A stretch of DNA of 64,000 bases from the NCBI GenBank assembly GCA_963813535.1, contig CAWEZH010000002.1, positions 928,001-992,000 of the forward strand, read 5' to 3'. A program made the position numbers and the translations under genes. Numbering within the stretch: position 1 is the stretch's first letter; each line of letters starts with the position of its first letter. The stretch comes from an uncultured Chloroflexia bacterium (GTDB lineage Bacteria; Chloroflexota; Limnocylindria; Limnocylindrales; CSP1-4). Shown piece after piece: positions 1 to 10,147 of this stretch. Below the pieces are notes generated by a model, which had not been told where the DNA came from, searched no databases, and worked only from the letters and a program-made list of their open reading frames with translations.

Positions 1-78
1 GGGTGGTCCGTCGTGGATCCCGTGGATGACCTCGAAGCGACGACCACAGGCGGCACAGTCGTAGTCGTACAGGGGCAC
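1..78 (-). CDS. FmdB-family zinc-ribbon protein, 5' part only (runs off window start)
   Basis: Not in ORF track. Reverse strand from GTG at 78 reads MPLYDYDCAACGRRFEVIHGIHDGPP, matching the MPxYxYxCxxCGxxFE signature of the family. Confidence 0.8.
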   Translation of the reverse strand, partial: MPLYDYDCAACGRRFEVIHGIHDGPP

Positions 79-93
79 GGTTCGGGTCGCGAT

Positions 94-852
94 TCAGCCG
101 CGGAGGAGCCGCATCCCGCACTTCGGGCAGTAGAACGCCCGCTCGTGGGCGGATGCGAACCCGCAATGGGCGCACACCAGGCCACCCCGACCGGCGGCCG
201 GGACGGGACGCTCGATCGTGGTCAACCCGACCGCATGCTGGTTCGCAAGGATGTTGGTGAGGATCCCGGCCAGCAGCTTGCTGCCGGTTCGATCGGTATC
301 ACCACGGACCCCACGCCCACCCCAGCCGACCACGGCGCGACAGATCATGTCGCCCGTCGCCTCGTCCCAGTGGGCAGCCACGCCACCGATGATGGCGTTG
401 TACTCGGGGTAGCCGCTCGTATCGACCTCGCCGTCGAGCATCGCGCAGACGAACGTATCGAAGGCCAGATCGACCGCGTCGATCGATTCCAGGACCACCA
501 GCGCGTGCCGCGTGATCGGCGAGTGGATGTGGTGCGCGTTCAGCCACTGCATCGCCTCGGAGGGACGGGCGATCGTCGGTGTGGCCTGGCTGAACTCGAT
601 CGGCAGCGGCTCGACGACCTCGATCTCCGAATCGGCCAGCCCGACCAGCATCGACGGCAGCTCGGCCATCGCCTTGGGGCCGGCGTTCATGCGCACGCCT
701 TCGCTGGTCTTCCCGGCGTAGTAGAGCTTGAGCTGGAATTCCTGGGCGACGACCTCCTCGGGCATGACGATCGAGCCGGTCGGCGCCGGCGCCGCGGGCT
801 GCGGTTCGTCCGGCTCGGGGGCGTTCCTTCGCTTCAGGAAATCGAGCGGCAC
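94..852 (-). CDS. Hypothetical protein with C-terminal zinc ribbon
   Basis: 252 aa with protein-like composition. GGAGG upstream of GTG. C-terminal CAHC...CPKCG. Confidence 0.75.
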   Translation of the reverse strand: MPLDFLKRRNAPEPDEPQPAAPAPTGSIVMPEEVVAQEFQLKLYYAGKTSEGVRMNAGPKAMAELPSMLVGLADSEIEVVEPLPIEFSQATPTIARPSEAMQWLNAHHIHSPITRHALVVLESIDAVDLAFDTFVCAMLDGEVDTSGYPEYNAIIGGVAAHWDEATGDMICRAVVGWGGRGVRGDTDRTGSKLLAGILTNILANQHAVGLTTIERPVPAAGRGGLVCAHCGFASAHERAFYCPKCGMRLLRG

Positions 853-919
853 TGGGCCACCTCCGGAGTCGAGTCGAGCGTGATGCGGGGGCCATCGTAG
901 CAGCGCACGATCGGCCGGC

Positions 920-2599
920 TCAGCCCGCCTGCAGGATCACGGCTTCGAGTGGCCGGAGCACCAGCGTCGTCCGGTCGATCGGTCCGCTCGGGTCGAGGTG
1001 GGAGCCACTGATCGGGCGATAGGTCTCCGCGGCCCCGCTCGGCAGCGTGGCGATGCGGGGTTCGCCGGCGAAGTTGGCGACGATGAGCAGCCGCTCCCCG
1101 GGCGTATCGCGGTGCCATGCCAGGACGTCGGGCGTGCCGGTCGTTGCCAGGCGCAGCGTCCCGGAACGGAGGGCTTCGGACGACCGTCGCAGCGCGATCA
1201 GGCGGCGGTAGGTCGACAGGACGGATCCCTCGTCGTCCAGCTGCCCGGCCACGTTGCGCTCCGCCGCGTCGTCGCCGAACCGGAGCCACGGGCGGCCGAT
1301 CGTGAAGCCGTGTCCCCGCTCGGCCGACCAGGGCATCGGCGAGCGGCACTGGTCGCGGTTCCACCACTCGAAGTCGGGGTCGATGAGCGCCCGCCGCGCG
1401 GGTGGGTCGATGATCTCGTCGACCGGGATCGCGACATCGCGAAGACCGAGTTCCTCCCCGTAGTAGAGGAACGGCGTGCCCCTGATCGTCAGAAGGACGA
1501 CCGCGGCGGCCTTGGCGACCGCATCGCTGTCGGCGATGCCGGCCGAGTCGGCAAGGCGGCTGGCCTGGCGGGACTGGTCATGGTTCGAGAGCACGTTCGC
1601 GAGCCATCGATGGTCGCCGAATAACGTCTCCCGGAGCCAGATCGCGTCGCCGTACGCATCCGACGACCACGGTGCGGCCAGGAGGGCCCAGTCGAACACC
1701 ATGTGCCGGTCGGTGGTCAGGGCGACGGCGCGTTCCGCCTCGCTCGCGAACAGCTCACCGACGGACATCCGTCCGGGCCGTTCGTCGAGGATCGACCGGA
1801 AGCGACCGATGAGGTCCGGGAAGTCGGGCTGGTCGCGGTCATACAGGTGCTGCTGGCGCGCCCATAGGGTCGCCCCCTCGATCTCCGGGTTGGCGAGCAG
1901 CTCGGGATGCTTGAGGAAGGCGTTGAAGACGTCGAGGCGGAAGCCGTCTACGCCCCGGTCGAGCCAGCCACGAACCATGGCGAACTGGGCCTGCTCGACC
2001 GCCGGGAGCCGCCAGTTGAGCTCGGGTTGCTCGACGAGGAAGGTGTGCAGATAGAACTGCCCGCGAGGCTCGTCCCACTGCCAGGCCGAGCCACCGAACC
2101 ACGACAGCCAGTTGTTCGGGGGGATGGGTGTGCCGCTCTCGTCGACGCCGGCAGCGTCGCGCCACAGGTACCAATCGGCCCACTCGTTGTCGCGCGACGA
2201 GCGGCTCGCCTGGAACCACGCATGGTGGTCGCTGGTGTGGTTCATGACCAGGTCGAGGATGATCCGCAGACCTCGCCGGTGGGCCTCGGCCACCAGGTGG
2301 TCGAAGGCGGCATCGCCGCCGAACAGCTCGTCGACGGTCGTGTGATCGCTGACGTCGTACCCGACGTCGCGACCTGGCGACGGGTAGATCGGCGACAGCC
2401 AGAGGGCATCGACGCCCAGTTCGCGCAGGTAGTCGAGCCGGTCGATGATGCCCTGCAGGTCACCCACGCCATCGCCGTCGCTGTCGGCGAAGCTGCGCGG
2501 GTAGATCTGGTAGATGACCCCGTTTCGCCACCAGTCGTCACCGAATGTCGGCGCGACCACCGCCGAGGGTTGCGATCCGGCGCCCGTCCCCTGTGTCAT
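920..2599 (-). CDS. GH13 alpha-glucosidase / oligo-1,6-glucosidase family
   Basis: Motifs WWRNGVIYQIYPRSFADSDGDGVGDL, DLVMNHTS, GFRLDV, NHD and YYGEELG. Confidence 0.93.
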   Translation of the reverse strand: MTQGTGAGSQPSAVVAPTFGDDWWRNGVIYQIYPRSFADSDGDGVGDLQGIIDRLDYLRELGVDALWLSPIYPSPGRDVGYDVSDHTTVDELFGGDAAFDHLVAEAHRRGLRIILDLVMNHTSDHHAWFQASRSSRDNEWADWYLWRDAAGVDESGTPIPPNNWLSWFGGSAWQWDEPRGQFYLHTFLVEQPELNWRLPAVEQAQFAMVRGWLDRGVDGFRLDVFNAFLKHPELLANPEIEGATLWARQQHLYDRDQPDFPDLIGRFRSILDERPGRMSVGELFASEAERAVALTTDRHMVFDWALLAAPWSSDAYGDAIWLRETLFGDHRWLANVLSNHDQSRQASRLADSAGIADSDAVAKAAAVVLLTIRGTPFLYYGEELGLRDVAIPVDEIIDPPARRALIDPDFEWWNRDQCRSPMPWSAERGHGFTIGRPWLRFGDDAAERNVAGQLDDEGSVLSTYRRLIALRRSSEALRSGTLRLATTGTPDVLAWHRDTPGERLLIVANFAGEPRIATLPSGAAETYRPISGSHLDPSGPIDRTTLVLRPLEAVILQAG

Positions 2600-2643
2600 G
2601 GCCGAAAGCCTACGGCACGAGACCCTCGATATACTCGCCCGCG

Positions 2644-3810
2644 ATGACGTCCCAGCCCTCTGCCGGCCGGTCGTCCGACCGCGTGCGTATCGGGATCGCC
2701 GGCCTGGGAGCCGTGGCGCAAGCCGTCCACCTCCCCCTCATCGAGCGCCTCCGGGACGCCTTCGCGATCGACGCCATCGCCGACCTGTCCCCGAGCCTGA
2801 CGATCGCGATCGGCGAGCGCTACCAGGTGCCGCCGGACCGCCGCTTCGACACGGTCGAGGCGCTGGTCGGCGCCGCCGGGCTCGACGCGGTGGCGATCCT
2901 CACCTCCGGCTCGCACGCGCCCGCGGTCGACCTGGCGCTCGACGCGGGCCTGCCGGTCTTCGCCGAGAAGCCGCTCGCCTACACCCTCGCGGAGGTCGAT
3001 GCGATCGAGCGGCGGCTGGCCAGAGCGTCGCGCGCCCGGCTGCAGCTCGGCTACATGAAGCTGGACGACCCGGCGGTCGTGCACGCGCGACGGGTCGCGG
3101 ATGAGCGCGGGTACGGCCCACCCCGCGCCATCGAGGTCACCGTGCTCCATCCCACGTCGGAGGCGCAGTTGGCGCACGCCCGCCTGCTGCCGCCACCCGA
3201 CGACATCCCGTCCGGCGTGCGCGCAGCGCTCACCGACCTGACGGATCGGCTGCGCCGCGAGGCGCTGGGCGCGGCGGCAGCACGCGCGTTCGGGCGCCTC
3301 TACTCCGAGATCCTGCTCGGCAGCGTCGTCCACGAGCTGGCACTCGTCAGGGCGTTCGCCGGGGATCCGACCGCGGTCGACGCTCTGGACGTATGGCCCG
3401 GCGACACGTGGCCCCCATCCGTCCAGCTGACCGGCCACCTCCCGGCCGATGGTCGCGTCGCGATCCGCTGGCACTTCCTCCCGGACTATCCCGCATACCG
3501 CGAGCTGGTCCGGGTCGTCTACGAGGCGTCGACCATCGAGCTCGAGTTCCCGTCGCCCTACCTCCTGCACCGCCCGACGGTCCTGCGCATCACGTCGACC
3601 GACGCCGGCGGGCGGCGTGACGAGGTCTGGACCTCGACCGAGGAGGCGTTCGAGACCGAGCTGCTCGCCTTCCATCGGCTGGTCGTCGAGGGTCGTCCCG
3701 CTGCAGCCGGCGTGGCCGAGGGTCGCGCCGACATCGTCACGTGCCAGCGCGCGATCGCGGCCGTCGCCGCGTCGCGTGGCATCGAGATCGGTGGCGAGGC
3801 CGCCCGGTGA
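2644..3810 (+). CDS. Gfo/Idh/MocA family NAD(P)-dependent oxidoreductase
   Basis: GIAGLGAVA Rossmann motif and EKP motif. Start moved to ATG 2644, 8 nt after TATACT. Confidence 0.88.
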   Translation: MTSQPSAGRSSDRVRIGIAGLGAVAQAVHLPLIERLRDAFAIDAIADLSPSLTIAIGERYQVPPDRRFDTVEALVGAAGLDAVAILTSGSHAPAVDLALDAGLPVFAEKPLAYTLAEVDAIERRLARASRARLQLGYMKLDDPAVVHARRVADERGYGPPRAIEVTVLHPTSEAQLAHARLLPPPDDIPSGVRAALTDLTDRLRREALGAAAARAFGRLYSEILLGSVVHELALVRAFAGDPTAVDALDVWPGDTWPPSVQLTGHLPADGRVAIRWHFLPDYPAYRELVRVVYEASTIELEFPSPYLLHRPTVLRITSTDAGGRRDEVWTSTEEAFETELLAFHRLVVEGRPAAAGVAEGRADIVTCQRAIAAVAASRGIEIGGEAAR

Positions 3811-6575
3811 CCGACCGCGCGGTCATCCATCTGGTCCCTCACACCCACTGGGACCGCGAGTGGTACGAGCCGTTCCAGGTCTTCCGGATGCGGCTCGTCG
3901 AGCTGATCGACCAGCTGCTCGAGCGGATGGCGGCCGACCCGCGGCTCCGCTTCACCCTCGACGGGCAGGCCGCCACGGTCGACGACTACCTCGAGATCCG
4001 CCCCGAGGCCGAGCCGCTCATCCGCGAGCTCATCGCCGAGGGCCGCCTCGCGATCGGTCCGTGGCAGATCCTGCTCGATGAGTTCCTCGTATCGGGCGAG
4101 ACGATCGTGCGCAACCTCGAGCTCGGCTGGGCGCGTGCCGAGTCGCTCGGTGGAGCGATGCGGGTCGGCTATCTGCCCGACATGTTCGGCCACATCGCCC
4201 AGATGCCCCAGATCCTGCGCCGCGCCGGGATCGACCGAGCGGTCGTCTGGCGCGGCGTCCCGGCGTCGATCGACCGCCACTCGTTCATGTGGCGCTCACC
4301 GGATGGTTCGACCGTCGACACGGAGTACCTGGTCGGCGGCTATGGGAATGGCGCGTACCTGTTCGACGTCCCGGACCGGCTCGGACCCAAGCTCGGCGAG
4401 TACCGCCGCCTGAACGCCGGTCCGTACGGCGACCGCTCGCTCCTCGCCATGTATGGGACCGATCACGCCGTCCCCTCGCCGATGCTGGCGGACCTCGTCG
4501 AGCTCGTGAACGCGGGCGACGGCGATGTCGAGGTCCGGCTGGCCACGCTGACCGAGTACCTCGACCGGGACCGCGACCAGCACCCGGGACCGGCGGGCGA
4601 GGCGCCCGCCTGGGATGGCGAGCTCCGGTCCGGGGCGCGCGCCAACATGCTGATGAACGTCATCTCGGCGCGGGTCGATCTCAAGGCCGCTGCGGCGCGC
4701 GCCGAACGCCGCCTCGAGCGGTATGCCGAGCCGCTGGCGGCGCTCCACGGCGATGCGTGGCCATCTCGCCTGCTCGAGCTCGCATGGCGGCGACTGATCG
4801 AGAACTCAGCGCACGACTCGATCTGCGGCTGTTCGCACGACGAGGTCGTGGCCCAGGTCATCAACCGCTACGCCGAAGCGGAGCAGATCGCATCCGGGCT
4901 GGTCGGCAGCGTTCTGCGTCGCATCGCGGGATCGGTGCCGGCCGGCGGCTGGGCGGTCGTCAACCCCTCTCCGGTCGACCGGCACGAGCTCGTCGAGCTC
5001 GACCTGGCGGTGCCGGCGACGTGGCCGTCCGTGGCCGTCCGCGTCGGGGACCGGGTGCTGCCCACGCAGGAGCTAGTTCGCGAGGGAGCCGTCCACGGCG
5101 TCGTCGAGGTTCGCGGCTCGGATGTCGCTGGGTTCTTCCGCCGGCGGCGTCACGGTCGCGAGCTGCTCGGCCGCTACATCAACGCGTCGGAGGTCGAGGC
5201 GGCGGGCACGTCCCCGCGCATCGTCGTCCACGTCGACCGGTTGGCCGAGCCGCCCGAGCTCGATGTCGAGGAGCTGGTCGGCTCGATCGTGGCCGCCGCC
5301 GAGGCGCGGCCGGACGACGTCTGGGAGGTCACGATCGAGGTCACGAAGCGGCGGCGGGTCCTGGCGCGGCTCCCCGCACCTGCCCTCGGATACGGCTGGG
5401 CCAGCGAACTGGAGGGCGACACGCTGGCGGTGGAGGCGATCCCCCACCCGGTCGAGGGGCACGACCGGACGATGCGCAATGGCCTGGTCGAGGTGACCGT
5501 GGCTGATGACGGCACGTTCCGACTCACCGGCGGCGGCGTCACGCTCGACGGGGTCGGCCGGATCGTCGAGGGCGGTGACGCCGGGGACAGCTACAACTAC
5601 GGGCCGCCGGCGGCCGATCGGCTCGTCGAACAGCCGGACCTGGTCGACATCAGGAGCGGCGCCAGCGGGCCCCTGCGGGCCGAGCTGACGATCATCCGGA
5701 CGTACGCCTGGCCGCGCGGGCTCAGCGCCGATACGCGAGCGCGCTCGGAGCGGACGGCGGAGACCGAGGTCACGACCATGCTCGAGCTGCGCGCCGACGA
5801 ACCGTTTCTGCGCGTCAGCCTGGCGTTCGACAACGACTCCAGCGACCACCGTGTCCGCTTCCACATCCCGCTGCCGGCACCTGTCACGGGCTCCGCGGCG
5901 GAGGGCCAGTTCGCGGTCGTCGAACGAGGCCTCGAGCAGGAGGGCGGTCATGGTGAGATGCCCCTGGCCACGTTCCCCGCGCTCGGGTTCGCCAGCGTCG
6001 AGGGCTGCAGCGTCCTCCTCGACCAGGTGACCGAGTACGAGGTGATCGACGGGCGCCAGCTGGCGCTGACCGTCCTGCGCTCGTTCGGCCTGATCAGTCG
6101 CAATTCGAACCCGTACCGGGAAGATCCGGCCGGACCCGAGGTGGAGGTGCCGGCAGCCCAGCTGCTGGGCACCCGCGCCTATCGATTCGCGCTGCTGCCG
6201 CATGGCGGGGCGTGGTCCGAGGCCGGCACGCCGGTGGCCGCGGAGCGCTATCGGCATCCATTCCTCGTGGTCCGTGGCAGCGGTGCCGCGGATGCCCCGA
6301 CGGCCGCCGTCCGCGGCCTCGCGATCGACGGCGAGGGGGTCGTGCTCAGCGCGGTGCGTAGGCGAGGCGACTGGCTCGAAGTACGCGTCGTCAACCAGGG
6401 CGGCAGTCGCCGCCGAGCCACCCTTCGGCTCCCGGCCGATGCCGCTCGCGAGGCCGATCTGCTCGGCCGTCCGGGCGCGCCGCTCGATGTCGCGCGCATG
6501 GCCGTGACCCTCGATCTCGACCCGTGGGAGATCCGCACGGTCCAGCTTCGTCCGACCCGCCCGGGCGTGTCCTAA
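3807..6575 (+). CDS. GH38 alpha-mannosidase (MngB-like)
   Basis: Motifs HTHWDREWY, FTLDGQ, GYLPDMFGH and HDSICGCS. GTGA overlap with the upstream stop. Confidence 0.92.
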   Translation: MTDRAVIHLVPHTHWDREWYEPFQVFRMRLVELIDQLLERMAADPRLRFTLDGQAATVDDYLEIRPEAEPLIRELIAEGRLAIGPWQILLDEFLVSGETIVRNLELGWARAESLGGAMRVGYLPDMFGHIAQMPQILRRAGIDRAVVWRGVPASIDRHSFMWRSPDGSTVDTEYLVGGYGNGAYLFDVPDRLGPKLGEYRRLNAGPYGDRSLLAMYGTDHAVPSPMLADLVELVNAGDGDVEVRLATLTEYLDRDRDQHPGPAGEAPAWDGELRSGARANMLMNVISARVDLKAAAARAERRLERYAEPLAALHGDAWPSRLLELAWRRLIENSAHDSICGCSHDEVVAQVINRYAEAEQIASGLVGSVLRRIAGSVPAGGWAVVNPSPVDRHELVELDLAVPATWPSVAVRVGDRVLPTQELVREGAVHGVVEVRGSDVAGFFRRRRHGRELLGRYINASEVEAAGTSPRIVVHVDRLAEPPELDVEELVGSIVAAAEARPDDVWEVTIEVTKRRRVLARLPAPALGYGWASELEGDTLAVEAIPHPVEGHDRTMRNGLVEVTVADDGTFRLTGGGVTLDGVGRIVEGGDAGDSYNYGPPAADRLVEQPDLVDIRSGASGPLRAELTIIRTYAWPRGLSADTRARSERTAETEVTTMLELRADEPFLRVSLAFDNDSSDHRVRFHIPLPAPVTGSAAEGQFAVVERGLEQEGGHGEMPLATFPALGFASVEGCSVLLDQVTEYEVIDGRQLALTVLRSFGLISRNSNPYREDPAGPEVEVPAAQLLGTRAYRFALLPHGGAWSEAGTPVAAERYRHPFLVVRGSGAADAPTAAVRGLAIDGEGVVLSAVRRRGDWLEVRVVNQGGSRRRATLRLPADAAREADLLGRPGAPLDVARMAVTLDLDPWEIRTVQLRPTRPGVS

Positions 6576-6610
6576 AAGGCTCGTCGTGGACGGCGGCCAT
6601 GACACGCGCC

Positions 6611-6647
6611 TGCAACGTTGACAGAACGTTCGAACGGACTCTAGGCT
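6611..6647 (+). promoter_or_regulatory. Sigma70-type promoter with overlapping palindromic operator candidates
   Basis: TTGACA (6618-6623), 18-nt spacer, TAGGCT (6642-6647). Palindromes CAACGTTG (6613-6620) and GAACGTTC (6624-6631). Confidence 0.7.
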
Positions 6648-6866
6648 CAGCCCACTTTCGACCGGACCGCACCGTTGTGGGTGGACGGCGGGAGGCTCCG
6701 GTCACGACAGCTGACCGATCGGCGCTCAGGATGTGTACCGAGGCTCGATCGGCAGGTCGCCACCGGCGGAGGAGATCGCGAGTGGACGTGCCAGGCCGCC
6801 GTCAGTCGCGTACGCGAACGCCCGTCGTTGACGGGCACGCGCCATTTTGATTCGAGGAGGATCTCG

Positions 6867-8204
6867 ATGATCAGATCCCTACAATTCCCCGCTCTCGCGC
6901 TCGCAGCCGCGTTGATCGCGGCAGCGTGCGGCGGTGGCGGTGGAACCGGCTCCCCTGCTGCGTCGGCACCGGCCGCCAGCGGCGGCGCCAGTGGCGGGCC
7001 CGTCACCAGTGGTTCAGCGGGCACGCTCAACGTGCTGTCCCTGTGGGGCGGCAGCGAGGAGGAGGCCTTCAAGGCCGTCCTGGCGGACTTCACCGAGAAG
7101 ACCGGCTGGGGCGTCAACTACGAAGCCGACCGCCAGACGTACTCGACGACCCTGCAGTCGCGTATCACCGGTGGGAACCCGCCGGACATCGCGATCATCC
7201 CGGGCATCGGCTTCCTGCGCCGCTTCGCCAAGGATGGCTCGCTCAAGAAGGTCGCCGACCTTGGCGTGGACACCTCGACGTTGACCGAAGACTACCCAGA
7301 GGGCTTCCTCGGGGCAGGTACGGTCGACGGCGAGCTGTACGCGCTGCCGGCGAAGTACAACAACAAGGGCACGATGTGGTTCCGGCCGGACGTCTTCACG
7401 GAGGCGAACGTCACCGCACCGTCGTCATGGGATGAGTACAAGGCAGCGCTCGAGAGCCTGAAGAGCAGCCCTGGCGCCATGGCACTCGGTGCCAAGGACG
7501 ACTGGAACCTGACCGACTGGTTCGAGAGCATCTACGTCCGGCAGTCGGGCGTCGAGGCCTACGACAAGCTGTTCAGCGCCGAAGGCGACTGGGCCGATCC
7601 GACCGTCCAGAAGACCGTCGACACCATGCTCGAGGTCATCAACGACACCTATGTCGTGGGTGGCATCGATGCGGCCGTCGGCCGCGCCTGGACCGACGCG
7701 ATCGCCCAGGTCTTCAAGCCGGAGCCCGAGGCGGCCACCTTCTACGAGGGCGGCTTCGTCGGCGGCATCGCCATGGGCCAGACGAACAAGGACCTCAAGC
7801 CCGGCGAGACGATCGACTGGTTCCCCTTCCCGACCTTCGGTGGCTCCGAGGACGTGACCACGTTCGGTGGCGACGTCATCGGTGCGCTGACGGACAGTGA
7901 GGGCGCCAAGGCGTTCATGAATTACATCATCACGCCCGAGGCGAACACCGTCTGGGCGAGCACCGGCGCCATCGTGTCTCCGCACAAGGGCGTCGGCACC
8001 AATTCCTACCCGAACGACCTCGTCGTCCGTGAGGCGGAGTCCCTGACTGCCGCCGACCAGATCCGCTACGACGGCTCGGACCTGCTGCCTGCCGGCATCC
8101 AGGGCGAGCAGATGGGCCAGCTGCTCCAGCGGGCCATCCGTGGCGACACCATCGATTGGGCCGACTTCCAGACGCGCGTGAAGGCCGCCTGGGACGCGGA
8201 GTGA
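6867..8204 (+). CDS. Carbohydrate ABC transporter solute-binding lipoprotein (AglE-like)
   Basis: GAGGAGG SD before ATG 6867. Lipobox IAAAC. Motifs GGNPPDIAIIP and WFESIYVR. Confidence 0.9.
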   Translation: MIRSLQFPALALAAALIAAACGGGGGTGSPAASAPAASGGASGGPVTSGSAGTLNVLSLWGGSEEEAFKAVLADFTEKTGWGVNYEADRQTYSTTLQSRITGGNPPDIAIIPGIGFLRRFAKDGSLKKVADLGVDTSTLTEDYPEGFLGAGTVDGELYALPAKYNNKGTMWFRPDVFTEANVTAPSSWDEYKAALESLKSSPGAMALGAKDDWNLTDWFESIYVRQSGVEAYDKLFSAEGDWADPTVQKTVDTMLEVINDTYVVGGIDAAVGRAWTDAIAQVFKPEPEAATFYEGGFVGGIAMGQTNKDLKPGETIDWFPFPTFGGSEDVTTFGGDVIGALTDSEGAKAFMNYIITPEANTVWASTGAIVSPHKGVGTNSYPNDLVVREAESLTAADQIRYDGSDLLPAGIQGEQMGQLLQRAIRGDTIDWADFQTRVKAAWDAE

Positions 8205-8234
8205 TCGAGAGGCTGCGCCTAGCCTGGTAGAACC

Positions 8235-8264
8235 GACACGGGCGGCCTTCGGGCCGCCCGTGTC
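8235..8264 (+). other. Intercistronic stem-loop (mRNA stabiliser or partial terminator)
   Basis: Perfect 13-bp stem GACACGGGCGGCC-TTCG-GGCCGCCCGTGTC after the SBP gene, with no U-tract. Confidence 0.7.
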
Positions 8265-8287
8265 CTATCTCACGAGAGGAGGAGCAG

Positions 8288-9259
8288 ATGGCCGTCGTCG
8301 CGCCAGGCGGAGTGGACCCCGCGGCGATCCCGACCGCCACGAAGGCACCGCCCCCACCCGCCGCTCCGGGGCGCCGGTGGGATCGTACGGCCCTCCTGTT
8401 CCTCGGGCCGCCCGCCCTCCTGATGATCGTCTTCCTGATCTATCCGACGATCTACACGATCGCCTTGAGCTTCAACCGCGGGCGGCGCGGGGAGTTCAAC
8501 GAGTGGGTCGGACTGCAGCACTACACCGGCCTGCTGGCCGACAAGAGCTTCATCGACCTGAGCACGTTCCCGCCATCAGGGGCCATCTGGAACAACGTGC
8601 TGTGGGCGATCTTCTACACGACCTTCGTGATCTTCCTCGGCCTGATCGTCGCCGTGCTCGCCTCACGCGTCCGCTACGAATCGATCATCAAGGCCGTGGT
8701 GTTCCTGCCGATGGCGATCGCCGCGACGGCGCTCGCGATCATCTGGAACTTCGTGTACGCGCCGGACCCGAACATCGGGCTGCTGAACGCCATCCTCGAC
8801 CCCTTCACCGAGCGCGGCATCTCGTGGCTCGGTAACCCATCGCTGGTCAACGCGGCGCTGATCGCGGCCGGCACCTGGGGATCGGTCGGGTTCGCCACGG
8901 TCATCCTGTCGGCGGCCCTCAAGAGCATCCCCACCGAGGTGCTCGAGGCTGCCCGCACCGACGGGGCGAACGAACGGCAGATCTTCTTCCGGATCATCAT
9001 CCCGATGGTCAGCCTGCCGATCTCGGTGCTGGCCGTGACCCTGCTGGTCAACGTGATCAAGCTGTTCGACCTGATCTACGTGCTGACCAACGGCGGCCCG
9101 GGTGTCGCGAGCCGGGTGATCGCGTTCACGATGTACTACGAGTCGATCCCGGGCGGCCAGTTCGGCCGTGGAGCCGCGATCGCCGTGGTCATGCTGATCC
9201 TGTTGATCCCGATCATGGCCTACAACATCCGTCGCTTCCGCAGCTCGAGGGTCGTCTAG
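8288..9259 (+). CDS. Carbohydrate ABC transporter permease
   Basis: Multiple TM segments and EAARTDGA (EAA motif). Confidence 0.92.
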   Translation: MAVVAPGGVDPAAIPTATKAPPPPAAPGRRWDRTALLFLGPPALLMIVFLIYPTIYTIALSFNRGRRGEFNEWVGLQHYTGLLADKSFIDLSTFPPSGAIWNNVLWAIFYTTFVIFLGLIVAVLASRVRYESIIKAVVFLPMAIAATALAIIWNFVYAPDPNIGLLNAILDPFTERGISWLGNPSLVNAALIAAGTWGSVGFATVILSAALKSIPTEVLEAARTDGANERQIFFRIIIPMVSLPISVLAVTLLVNVIKLFDLIYVLTNGGPGVASRVIAFTMYYESIPGGQFGRGAAIAVVMLILLIPIMAYNIRRFRSSRVV

Positions 9260-10147
9260 ATGGATGCCGTCGCCGAGACCCGCCCCGTCGAAAAAGCGCT
9301 GACGACGAACCAGCGGATCCTTCAATTCCTCAACAAGACCCCGATCCACATCGCCCTCGGCGTCATCGCGCTCATCTGGCTGGCGCCGACCATCGGACTG
9401 CTCGTCACGTCGTTCCGACCCAGGAGCGACATCCAGGTGACCGGTTGGTGGGAGAGCTTCACCCAGTTCCGCTACACGCTCGAGAACTACCAGGAGGTGC
9501 TGACCTCGCAGGGCATGCTCGAGGCGTTCGTCAACACCATGTTGATCGCCGTCCCGTCGACGCTCATCCCGCTGGTGCTGGCGTCGATGGCGGCCTACGC
9601 GTTCTCGTGGCTGAACTTCCCGTTCCGCGACGGGCTGTTCCTCCTGGTCGTGGCGTTGCTGATGATCCCCGTGCAGGTCGCGTTCATCCCGCTGCTCAAG
9701 CTGTTCGCGCCGACGGGCCTGCTCAACGGCTATGGCGCGATCTGGCTGGCGCACACGGCATTCGCGCTGCCATTCGGGATCTTTCTGCTGCGCAACTTCT
9801 TCATCACGCTCCCACGTGACCTGATCGAGGCGGCGCGCATCGACGGTTCCTCGACGATCGGCGTCTTCCGGACGATCGTCGTGCCCCTGTCCGTGCCGGC
9901 CATCGCCGCGTACGGGATCTTCCAGTTCCTATGGGTCTGGAACGACCTGCTCATGGCGCTGGTCTTCGTCCAGCGCGGCGACATGTGGCCGATGACCAAG
10001 GCCATCCAGAACCTGCTCAGCCAGTACGGGACGGAGTGGCACCTGCTCGCGGCAGGCGCGTTCATCCTGATGTTCGTGCCCTTGCTGGTGTTCTTCAGCC
10101 TGCAGCGGTACTTCGTGCAGGGCCTGCTCGCGGGCTCCGTCAAGTAG
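9260..10147 (+). CDS. Carbohydrate ABC transporter permease
   Basis: EAARIDGS and FLWVWNDLL motifs. Confidence 0.92.
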   Translation: MDAVAETRPVEKALTTNQRILQFLNKTPIHIALGVIALIWLAPTIGLLVTSFRPRSDIQVTGWWESFTQFRYTLENYQEVLTSQGMLEAFVNTMLIAVPSTLIPLVLASMAAYAFSWLNFPFRDGLFLLVVALLMIPVQVAFIPLLKLFAPTGLLNGYGAIWLAHTAFALPFGIFLLRNFFITLPRDLIEAARIDGSSTIGVFRTIVVPLSVPAIAAYGIFQFLWVWNDLLMALVFVQRGDMWPMTKAIQNLLSQYGTEWHLLAAGAFILMFVPLLVFFSLQRYFVQGLLAGSVK

